DNA of 14,152 nucleotides from Azolla caroliniana (GCA_043228905.1 JBHGNT010000894.1:1-14152), one strand, 5' to 3'; positions 1 to 9,804 are shown, counted from the stretch's first letter. Notes: generated by a model from the sequence alone, not told the origin. Numbers and translations: made by a program.

Positions 1-1309
1 CGTGTTGTATCTGTCGACGCACCCGCAACCACGGTCCGCTTCAGGACAAGGGCACGAAGTTGCAGATTGTTGTTGGTGTCAATCCACTGTCGAGGACACT
101 GCCGTGTTAATAAGCATTCATTCCACAGCGTCTTGACCAAGTACCTCCTCTCTTCTCGTCCATGGCGGCCAAGAGGGGCTGCTTGACAAGGATAGACACT
201 CTACTCATCACTGCAGCACCCGATTTACTCACTCTTGTCCCGATGGAGAAGCCGCGAACACTGATGAATCCTGGTTGAATAGAGATAAGAAGATTGAGCA
301 ATCTCCTCACAGAAGTAATAGTCAATAAGTCGAGTGATGCACATGAAAGACCGATTCGTGTCCGTGTGGAGGAACCTGCACATCTTGCTCCGCCCCAGTT
401 CCCCGGGACAAGATGCAGGCCCATCTCTGGGTGTCGCTTTGATGAACGAATACAATTCAACTGATTCCTGCTTCGCTGACCAAGCAGAAAAGAGCGCCAT
501 TTCGGGAGCCCTTGTTCACAAAGATGGCAATAATGATGATGCAGATTTCAGCCCATCAGACAAGTAATGCCACATGGTGTGCGCCCTGCCTTGGCAACTG
601 CAGATACTGTACGTGTGCATAGACCAGAGATCCCAAAGCACTGCTGGCCCTGCATGCTGCATGAGAGACTGCAGCGGCTGCGCTTTGCCGCTTACCTGCC
701 CCCTGGTTTCTACATGCATGGGGTCGGATGTGTCCGTTCAATATATATCCGCCACTCAGCAAGCTAAACCGCCGACCTGGCTGTTAGGCAGCAGCCTTTC
801 GAATCTCAACAGGCCCCATTGGAACAAAGTCCGACTACCTGTCAGGGATGCGAGAGACGACCATGACTAGTTCTCAAGCCCTGCTGACATGCATTTGCTA
901 GAGCTTCTTCAATTCCCGCCGTTTCGGGCCTCGGCGGGTCTCTGACAGCTGCCAAGACGTCGGAATCGGTCTTTGTTATCGCATCTTGGATAGCTACGCC
1001 AATTTGGCGCTGGGAGCCAGATATCACCATTCCAGACTCTACAGCCTCATTGTATTGTTGTGACCGTTGCTTACGTCGGCGACCTCAAGGATCCAGAGTC
1101 CAGGTAAGCGAGCCAGGGTGCCAATTCTCGGTGTCGACACCATGCCAACATTAGCCACGCAAGGCCCACAGTCGCGAACAATGTAATACGACGCCTCTAA
1201 ATGATAATTCTGTTCATCGAGCATCAGTCAAATGCCAATCCCAGCCTGCTAAACTGACCACTCAACCAGCAATATCCCAAACCTTTTCAGTTTTGAATCA
1301 CATTTCACC

Positions 1310-2409
1310 ATGACGGACGTTGTCACTGTCATCGAAACTGTGATTGGCGTCATTTCCTTCTTGCCTAGCCTGTTTCCGAGTGCCAGTCAGACCTCCTCCG
1401 CCATCCGCGTTGCAGTCGGCCTGAACAGCGACGCAGGTGGCAACGTTCCCTGTGTGTCCGTCTACAACACAAACTTCGACAACATTGGCGCCTATGACCC
1501 CAACAACAAGCACTGTCAAAGCAATGAATGGGGCTCGACTGTCTGCTACGACCGTTTTGAAACGGTCGGGGTCGGCCAGTTTGTCGACTTGGAGGTCTTC
1601 CAGCCCATAAATCAGCAGCTGGTGTATGTGCAGCTAGAACAGCCCGCGAACGACGGCATCTGTCTTGCGTACATCACTCAGACTTAGCCCGACGGCCGGA
1701 AGTATGGCTGGTTAGGTGACTCCGGGGCCTACTGCGGCGCGGACTGGTACGAATCGCAGATCGTCGTCGACGAGGGCAAGACGGCCAAGGTATGTGTCAC
1801 GGTCACTGGCCATTGTGATTTGACGGCTTTGCGGACGTGGACTAACATCATCGCAGTGTGTCTGGCTGGACAGGGACAGATCTTGACAACACAGGCCATC
1901 TTGGCCTCCACCTGTGGTTACCCGGCTTCAGCACCAATTTCAACCCAGGCGAGCCGGTCAGCCCCGACTGGTACTGCAACCACCTGCAGGTCATGCAGTT
2001 CTACAACTCGCTCGACGACACCCATTACATGTGGGATCCCGGGACGCCCTGGGGCCCGCAGTCCTCCAGGAGCCTGCCCAAGGGTATCGGTAACGGCACG
2101 CAGCATGTCGCCGTGAAACGTACCTCGCCTCGGGTCCGCTCCGAGGATATGGCGACGGAGCTCATTGTGAGCAGCAACGCCGGTCACTCGGCTGCAGGAA
2201 TGCGCGACTCGCCAACAAGCTTCGGGCCGGACTTTGTCTCCTTGCCCGAAAAGCTGATCTGTGACATGGGCACACATACCCTGTGGCCTCTGTGCGAGCA
2301 AGGGGCGGTCGGTGACTGCTTTGACATGGAGAAGAAGGTACTTGTCCAGAATTCTACGGAGCAGCGCAAGCTGGAGAGCTTCTATACGAAGGTCACGGAG
2401 TGGAAGTAG
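1310..2409 (+). pseudogene. Disrupted gene of an uncharacterised fungal Cys/Trp-rich family (N-terminal hydrophobic helix plus possible PLAT-like beta-sandwich). Exons 1310-1789 and 1857-2409; in-frame TAG at 1685-1687; frameshift within about 1872-1883
   Basis: ATG in good context (caccATG). The frame continues past the TAG: CLAYITQT*PDGRKYGWLGDSGAYCGADWYESQIVVDEGKTAK. Phase-0 intron 1790-1856 (GTATGT..ACTAAC..CAG, 67 nt). Exon 2 starts CVWLDRD and hits TGA at 1884-1886, while the +1 frame (ORF 1858-2409) carries the rest (DLDNTGHLGLHLWLPGF..HSAAGMRDSPTSFGPDFVSLPEKLICDMGTHTLWPLC..DCFD..TEWK). This matches my recollection of a widespread hypothetical fungal family with TWPDG..GW.GD.G..CG..WY and GPDF..C.M....WP.C motifs. 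Confidence 0.8.
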
Positions 2410-2807
2410 AGAACTCATGTATAGAGCTGCGATGACATACCCTGAAGATTCAATATGTTCCGGCTACAGATGCAGCGCGTACAAATGTTGAGGCTCTCAA
2501 CAAGCACACCGACAAGATGTCTCACGGTATGCATTTCATGAGGTGGATTAAAGTTTGCATATAGTGTGTATGAATCCAGTTGGAGAATTCACGATCCCAC
2601 CCAATCTTGACCATTGTCCCTGTCGCTTGGCCCAGCACCATCGTCCTGGCTGACAAACAAATTCATTCGATGAGCAATGACAGGCGCTGAAGGTGACACT
2701 GACACTGGCGATGATGGAAGGTAAAGACAGGTCTGTAATATGCATGCTATGTATTATGCTTCCGCTCCAGCGCTCCTTCCATCGCCCCGGCACGACATTC
2801 CTAGTAT

Positions 2808-3513
2808 CTAGGCAGGGACGACACACTCATCCCTGCAGAGATCCCCTGGGTGGCCTGGCGCATCTGCGCCGGGGAGATTGCCGCAGGTGCACAAGTCTGT
2901 CGTGAAGACGCCGTTACCAGCCTGGTCTTTGCGGGGCGAAACCATCTCCCAATCCCCCTCGGAGCCATGGATGCCCGCTTCGCAGGATTCCGTCGGACCC
3001 AGTTCAACCATGTGTCCCTTGACCCTCTTCATTCCCGGGTAGACGTGAAGGCTGCATGACCATTCACCCTCGGGACATTCGCTTTCTACGCCTTGTGTGA
3101 CGGTGATCTCCACAGACTCGGTAACCTCAGCAGACAAACTAGCCGAGCCACCGATTATCTTCTCGAAGCTGAGGCCGAGTCCTCCCCCAATCGTCCAACT
3201 CGAGCCAACGGTGTAAGATTGGCCTAGTTGAAGAGCTAAGCGCAAGATAATCGTTAGTGACATGCTGTCGTAGTAGCAGGCAAGGTTGGACTTGGGACTT
3301 ACTGTCACCGCCCCGTGCAGAAGCTCCGGTTTGCCAGATGTCGCCCGTAAAGTTCTCCTCAGAGTCAATTACGGGGCAATAGCCCTTTGGTAGATCAATA
3401 GGAGCCGGCGCACACCCGGTGCATTGACGACCTTCAAGATCGCGCTCGGCTGGGCGGGCGAAGGCGCCCTGGTACGCAGCAAGGCTTGTGAAAAGGAACT
3501 TGGTGGAAAGCAT
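2808..3513 (-). CDS. Secreted cysteine-rich protein, 212 aa, 2 exons (3513-3303, 3235-2808); candidate effector or aerolysin/ETX-MTX2-like beta-pore-forming protein
   Basis: ATG at 3513. Signal peptide MLSTKFLFTSLAAYQGAFA, then propeptide-like RPAERDLEGR followed by Q. Phase-1 intron 3302-3236 (GTAAGT..CTAAC..TAG, 67 nt) joins ORF 3139-3651 to ORF 2808-3368 in frame (..ARGGD-T-LQLGQSY..). 639 nt, 10 Cys. The gene model is solid; the function is inference. Confidence 0.85.
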
Positions 3514-3515
3514 TT

Positions 3516-3579
3516 TGTGTGTGTGTGCGTTTCTGGGGAATATGTTGAAATGTGCCTTGGTGTTTATTGTTGTTGTTGC
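3516..3579. repeat. Short microsatellites, (TG)6 at about 3516-3527 and (TTG)4 at about 3567-3578, in the 5' UTR of the secreted-protein gene
   Basis: tgtgtgtgtgtg and ttgttgttgttg are read directly. Confidence 0.6.
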
Positions 3580-3628
3580 TGCTCTGATAATGAGAATTAC
3601 GCAAAGATGAGGCAGCGCACACGCTTCA

Positions 3629-3634
3629 TTTATA
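3629..3634 (-). promoter_or_regulatory. Putative TATA box (TATAAA) of the secreted-protein gene
   Basis: TATAAA on the minus strand about 116 nt upstream of the ATG at 3513, followed by a CAA/CA-rich leader typical of fungal 5' UTRs. Confidence 0.5.
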
Positions 3635-4535
3635 GGCTTGAAGTGCCTCATCAGGCATCATAATGCCACCCACCGTGATGCCGCCACTGATCCGGACCGT
3701 CGGCAACAAAGAGATCTCCAAGTAGGATCAGGAGAGAACCGCTTGACCACGGAGAATGCAAGCCCAATATAGGTGGATTGCCTAATAGCCAGTCTGATTG
3801 CCACTCGGCAGTGCAAGGAGCCCTGCGCCCTACCCTGTGCCGCTCACATGTGAGATTGCATCCCAGACCGTCAGGTGTTCAAAATTCACTCGAATACGAT
3901 GCATAATAATATCATAGGCAGAATGTCACGTCACGACCCCACTGGCGGCGAGCGACTCCATCGGGATTGACGTAGGGCTACAGGTGTCCTTTCGGGGTGG
4001 CATCCAGATGCTTAACCTTAGGGTGTAGCAATTCAAGCTTGCTGCTCCATGTTTCACCTAGGCCGATCTCCGGGAGTCCGGGGAACGCCACCGCTTTGGG
4101 CGACTCGGCCGAAACCCGACGATCGTTATGCAGGCTGCCTGGTTGGGAATTTGCCTCTCTTTCGCAGGATCTTGCCGTCAGCTGGGACAGACGCCCTTCC
4201 TACATCATTGGTCAGCAATCGACCCTGTCAGCATTGTGGCTGGTCATAACGCAGAACCCCTGATCTGTGATGACGATCTACAGGACAATCTTAGGCAGCA
4301 GTCGACCTGAAACGACTATAGGGACAGGGCGGATACCGGGTATCGTGCGTCGGTTGGACGCCTCTGAACCATGACACGGTCAGCTGTCTTCCAAGTTCCT
4401 ACGGGAAGCAATTCCTGTCACGGTGGTCGGCTTCACGGGGCGAAAATAAAAAATGGAGATGTCGAGATGAAAAATATCATTGACGTCGCAGAGCAGCTGC
4501 TGCTGCGAGCCTCGGTATCTGAATCGCCACCATGA

Positions 4536-5285
4536 CTATTTCCTAATTGCAATGAGAAACCCAGCGTAGTTCTTCTCGCCAACTCTTTGGATCACGGTCG
4601 CGTCAACCCTAGCATCCTTCCCGATTGCTTCAATCGGCTGTCGAGTCCCCAGCACTCGGTCATCCTTTTCAGCTTCGGCAGCAGAAGCGACCTTTCCATT
4701 GCGGACAACATTGTCGACAATGATCGCTGTGCGGGGCTTTGTCATGGAGACTGCCAGGTCAAAGTACGCAAGGTTGTCTTGCTTATTGGCGTCAATGAAC
4801 ACAGAGTCGAATACTGGCCTTGATCCAGATGCAACCTGTGATGCGAGCTGTGGAAGGACGTGAAGACCAGCCCCTTGAATGATCTCCACTTGCTCCTTCA
4901 AGCCCGCCTCTGCGAGGTTTCTGGAGGCCACTTCTGCATATTCGCGATCAATTTCAATAGTCGTCACCTTGACATTAGGTCCAGCCGAGGCCATCCACGC
5001 TGCGCTGTACCCTCCCAGAGTGCCGACCTCAAGTACATTGGTTGCGTTGCAGAGCTGGATCTGAAGCATGAGATACTTTGCCTGCGCTCGAGAGCAGGCT
5101 ATGTCCGGGAGTCCAGCGGCAATGGAATCGTGGTAGACTCGCTCCAATGCTTCGTGGTAGAAGTTCTTTGTCTAGCGCAGAAGATGCGAATTGACGTAAG
5201 CATCCACTTCGATGTGCCGCGGGTCAGTCTCGTAGAGAGCATCATAGGAACGAGCGACAGAGGGCGTAGATTCTGGGATAGACAT
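4536..5285 (-). pseudogene. Cation-dependent class I O-methyltransferase (Methyltransf_3 / CCoAOMT / MdmC-like), intronless, 250 codons including the terminal stop, with a premature TAG at codon 38 (5174-5172)
   Basis: From the ATG at 5285: MSIPESTPSVARSYDALYETDPRHIEVDAYVNSHLLR*TKNFYHEALERVYHDSIAAGLPDIA.., in frame with ORF 4536-5147 (whose listed start is a TTG). SAM motif VLEVGTLGGYS, FIDANK, IIVDNVVR and C-terminal VGEKNYAGF are present. No usable intron spans the stop; the nearest GT..AG is only 24 nt. Confidence 0.85.
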
Positions 5286-5860
5286 GACGAGACTGAGTCA
5301 GAAAATTACATGGAAAGTGGCAGGAGAACAGTTGCTTCGATCATCCGGAAGCAGAGAGACTACACAGCGAAAGCCTGGGCGGCGTGATTGTTTTCTTGAA
5401 GCTGTGCTGCTTGCGACATCGCGCTGTCGCAATGAGTCACTTAGTCTCCAAGTCAGCAAGACAAGTCTATTCCACAAAATGGACGGTGTTTCTTCATGAG
5501 CATTACTGTTCAAACATAATGGCAACGAAAATTGAGAGCAAATCGATGCATATGGATTTATATAAGTCGCGGGACTACAGATGAAGATAATTTAGCAGTA
5601 TATCATCTCCTAATAACCCACCTGGACGCAAGTGCTGATGATGAGTCACACTAGGCCCCCTGTTCGGTGCTGACCACGCGCAGCGATGGCCGGCTTCAAT
5701 GATCGTTGAGTCTCCGCGTGTTGGCTTCTCACTCTTCCAGCCGCGGCGGCGAGAGCAATTGATACTGAAAATGATAACATCAGAGATGCTCTCTGGCTCC
5801 GGGAAAGCGGCGGGCAAGGGTGCCATCGCCCTTGCGCCCATGCAAATGCCAGATTTTGCG
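5286..5860. promoter_or_regulatory. Divergent OMT/MFS promoter region with three TGAGTCA sites (5294-5300, 5433-5439, 5642-5648) and a two-way TATA-like element TTTATATAAG (5557-5566)
   Basis: Motifs are read directly. TGA(C/G)TCA is the established Gcn4/CpcA/CPC-1 (AP-1-type) element. Two sites read GTGACTCAT on the minus strand and match RTGACTCAY. Confidence 0.55.
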
Positions 5861-7564
5861 ATGCAAGGTAGTCGACAAGATGACATGGACATTGCTCCGC
5901 ACACTACGAACACAGATACCTCAGTCGACCCTTCTCCAGAAGTCGCCCGTCGCATCGAGGATGACTTGATGGTTGCGCAAGACGCCGTCAGCCAGGTTCT
6001 GCGCGTCTCCAAGATTCGGGGCATTGTCGTCATCACGACGCTCGCTGGCGTCAATTTCCTCAACACCATGGGCTCTGGTATTCTCATCGTCGCTCTGCCG
6101 CAGATGGCCCGCGACCTTGCCATTGAGCGCGGACTCATTCTTTGGCCAGCCGCCGTGTATGCCCTATCCGCTGGGTGCTTGCTCCTCATCTTTGGCGCGG
6201 TGGCCGACGTGGTGGGCGCGAAGCGCATGTGGATCACGGGCAGCTTCCTCTTCATGATCTTCACCGTGGCGATTGGATTAGCGCAGTCGGGCATCCAGTT
6301 GATCATGTTCAGGCTGGTCTCGGGTACCGCTATCGCCATGTGTCTCCCGACAGCGGTAGGCCTCATCACAGCCACCTTCCCCAAGGGCACATGGCGCAAC
6401 ACTGCTTTTGCCATGAACGGCATGGGAAACCCGCTGGGGTACGCTGTCGGCCTGGTGCTTGGAGGCGTCTTCACATCCAGCGTCGGCTGGCGATACGCGT
6501 ACTACATGATGGCCGGTATCAATTTGGTTCTATCGTCGGCTTCCATCTGGTCGCTTCCAGCGCCTCATGTTGGAGAGCGCAGTAACAGGAAGTGGGCAAC
6601 CAGATTGAGAAACGACATTGACTGGGTCGGCGCCACACTTATGAGTGCAGGGCTGGGCATGCTCCTGTACGTCCTGGCCATGACGTCCTCGTCATATAGG
6701 CGTCTTGAGGAGCCACAAATTATTGCGCTCTTGATTCTCTCGGTCGTCCTGCTTGGTGTGTTTCCCTGGTGGATGGAATTCCAGGTAAATCGCGGCAAGC
6801 CCGCCCTGATCCCCAACAAAGTGTGGCGGAACTGGGCTTTCACGTCTGTCTGTCTCGCCATCTTTCTGTGTTACGCGGCTATGACTGCTATCGAGTACTT
6901 TACCACGCTCTAGTACGTGTTTCTACGTCAGACTGGAAAAGAGACTAGTCAACTAACGCAGGACTAGCTTTCAGGAAGTCGAAGGCGTGTCTGCCATGAC
7001 GAGCTCCATCCGATTCATTCCTCACGTCGTTATGGGTGTCGCTGCAAACATCGCTACGGCTTGCCTAATATCCCGAGTCGACGTGCGCACTCTAGCAGTG
7101 GCGTCGGCTCTCATAACCCTGGTCGCAGGGCCGCTAATGGCAACAATCGACATCGGGGACAACTACTGGTTTGAGCCATTCTGGGCCCTGTTCCTGTCGC
7201 CCGCCAATGCTGATGGTAAGGCGACCTGGTGAGACCCCACGTACAAGACGTATGGGCTGACTTAGCAGTGCTCTTTACAATCTCGAACCTCGTCATATCC
7301 GAGGCGTTCCCCGCGGACCTTCAGTCTCTGGCAGGCGGTGTGTTCAATGAGGTGACGCAGTTTGGGAACTCCGTTGGTCTGGCGATTACGGGAGCAATCT
7401 CTGCATCTGTGACAGAGCACTCGGACATTGAGGATACGAGATTGTCGCTGATGAAGGGATATCGCGCAGCATTCTGGACAGTATTTGCAGCGAACGCTGC
7501 AGTTATTCTTGTTGCCTGGTTCGGTCTGAGAAAGGCTGGAATTGTTGGAAAGAAGGACGTTTGA
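5861..7564 (+). CDS. MFS drug:H+ antiporter, DHA2/ATR1-like (about 14 TM), 3 exons (5861-6912, 6968-7215, 7269-7564), about 531 aa. Start uncertain (other in-frame ATGs include 5699, 5771, 5840, 5846, 5885)
   Basis: MFS motif A GAVADVVGAKR; ALPQMARDL, AMCLPTAVGLI, GYAVGLVLGGVF..GWR, IDWVGA, PALIPN. Intron 6913-6967 (GTACGT..ACTAAC..TAG) gives FTTLYFQEVEG. Intron 7216-7268 (GTAAGG..GCTGAC..CAG) gives ANADVLFTISNL..QSLAGGVFN..GYRAAFW. Confidence 0.93.
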
Positions 7565-9799
7565 ATGCGCCTGCCGCTTAGCACCTCTTGCGAGATGGAA
7601 GCTTTGCCGTCAGGGCGATGGCTCAATGTGCGGACCTTAGGAGAGGTTGCGCAGAGAAATCTCTCCCCTGGCCACAGCACTTGAATGAGCATTACCAAGA
7701 ATCTTACCACTGCGATATATACATACAAGTGCCAATGAACGCAAAAGAACATGGCCCGAGTCTATAATTTCGACCAATGCCAGGCGCAGCAGACATCACA
7801 GGCCACCCATAGTCATCACGTTGGCGCCCAGGCAGACAAGGTCACCTCCATTGCTCAACACCCAGACCAGGTAGAGAAAGGCCCTCTCATGATTACGTAC
7901 AATAACGCTCCCCGGTCTCCTGTGGGGACCGGGAAGCTGACGAACACCACATCTTCGTGCGTAGGCTCTCCGCAGATAGAACAATGACTGCCCCGACGGT
8001 TCAAACCTTGTGGGCTTTCAACAATGACATTCATACATCGAGCTCCGGACAAAATCGCGCCAAAGAGAGTGGCTTGGTCATTGAATACGCACACGGAATA
8101 ATTGGATCTAGAGCATCGTCATTTTCGATGGATCACTTTTACACTTTGCCAAGGCGGACGATCGGCAACCCTCGCACGGCGGACTATTTTCGGGGTGTCT
8201 ATACAAGCCCTTTCTGGATGGCCCCCAAAAGAGAAGTATTGTTCGATTGCACCAGACGTGGCCCTATCATGGACTCTGTAGACGAATCAAACGGCAAGAA
8301 CAGTCACTACTCCAGAACAGTCGCTGCGTCCGTCTGCCAGCGAGCAAGGTCCCGTGGCCCCCGAGTGGAACTGCCTGGCACCTCAACAGCCACATCACAG
8401 CCCTCAGGGTGTATGGTAGGCGATTGCAGCTCCACGGCGCGTCCGTGTGGGGGGCCTGGACCGGTCGGTGCCCGGGACGTGGAGTGGCCGTCGCGATATT
8501 GGCGTTTCTTAGCCTGCGCCAATGCAGATCACATCGTCGCGCATGCAGTGTCTGTGGGTCACTTTCCTACGCACTTTAATGGGGTTAAGAGTAGTCGATA
8601 AAGATAAGCTTCAGTACTAAATTGAGGCACAGTAGTGTATGCTTATGTCTGTCAGGACTGCATTTGACTGCTCATAGCCGTTGGCAACCCACTTGATCGA
8701 GAGGCAACAACCGTGGCCAGGATTTGAAGCATTGCTGTAGAACACGCATACAAGCTCACCTGCCCAGTCATAGATATACAGTGTCTAACATCCCGAAATC
8801 TCCCTCCCCTTTCCCCTCCTCCAGCCTCGTAATTCCCTCCAATTCGGGGCGGACCGTGCATCGGGCAGCTAACCCTCAACTGGGGAAGGGTGGGGGCCCA
8901 GACTACAATTATATGGAGCTGACAGAAGAAAAGTCGGGGATCTAGGTTCTTCATTGCCCACCGCCAGCCGACTGCTGTCCGTGGCGCTATTCCTTTAATG
9001 TCCGATTGTGGCTTGCACGCGATCTCTAGAGGGACCGCCGGTGCGGCTGAGTGTGGTCCTGGGCTGGGGGACCTGAAACCAACGTCCAGTGAGGGGGTCA
9101 GCTGCATTATGACAATGACCACGCTTCTCATAGGACGAGAAAAAATCACTAGACTCAATCGTGGATCCAGTTGCCCAGCGGCATTGTCGTCGAGACCGCA
9201 ATCCGATGCCCTTCGATGCAGCAGGCGGTAATCCCATCAAGCAGGGGTCCAATCGCGGAATTTTCTCCGATAGATTGCGGTACCGAGTTTGATCCTCATG
9301 CAGTGCTACCATGCAGCGCCCCGTCATGCATTCTCTATGACTTCTCTTTAGGTGTATGACTCTGTGGTTTCGTTTTGTTGCATACACCACCGAGAAAGCG
9401 TCATCACATCGAAGCAGGCGAGGATGTTGTTCGTGAGGGCGAAGCGTCCATCGTGAATACTCGGTATAACCGACTTTGCCATCCATGGAGAACATGTCCA
9501 TGAATGACATGGACTATTTGTGACATTCTGATTCTAGACAGGGAAAAAAGACCCTTCTTTGTACAAGTGGTCAGTGGCGTCCGGAGGTACCCACTTGCGA
9601 AGCGAGACCCATGTGCCAAGATAGATAGTTCCCCAAGTCTGGACCCGCCGCATGAATTTCCTGGGTGGACAACAAAGCACCTTCAGCTCTTGAATCGAGA
9701 GCCTCGAGGCCGGCCCATGAAGACAATTCTGGAGCTGAACCCTAATTCGCTAAATTTGACGCCTCGTAGCACCCCATTCACCAATGATAACGATGTGTG

Positions 9800-9804
9800 T
9801 ATAA
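9800..9804 (+). promoter_or_regulatory. Putative TATA box of the multicopper oxidase gene
   Basis: TATAA about 105 nt upstream of the ATG at 9907, followed by a pyrimidine-rich leader. Confidence 0.4.

Noticed and set aside
1-1030. Minus-strand ORFs (107-460, 225-500, 516-719, 842-1030) and a possible GTGAGT..CAG intron at 232-179 that leaves a frame open to the window edge
   Set aside because: No recognisable domain, no convincing branch site and many stops between fragments. Could be a decayed gene but is not supportable by eye.
1918-2418. 166-aa minus-strand ORF
   Set aside because: Antisense shadow of exon 2 of the disrupted gene.
3139-3651. 170-aa ORF as listed
   Set aside because: The real start is the signal-peptide ATG at 3513; the listed ORF begins upstream of the TATA box and reads through the intron.
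3997-4310. Three overlapping short plus-strand ORFs
   Set aside because: No motifs or splice support; treated as intergenic.
1685-5174. Alternative genetic code or programmed readthrough explaining both TAGs
   Set aside because: Intact genes here end in TAG (2808-2810, 11915-11917, 12436-12438), and neither premature stop has the TGA-CTA readthrough context.
4860-6474. ORFs 4860-5387 (+) and 5575-6474 (-)
   Set aside because: Antisense shadows of the OMT and MFS genes.
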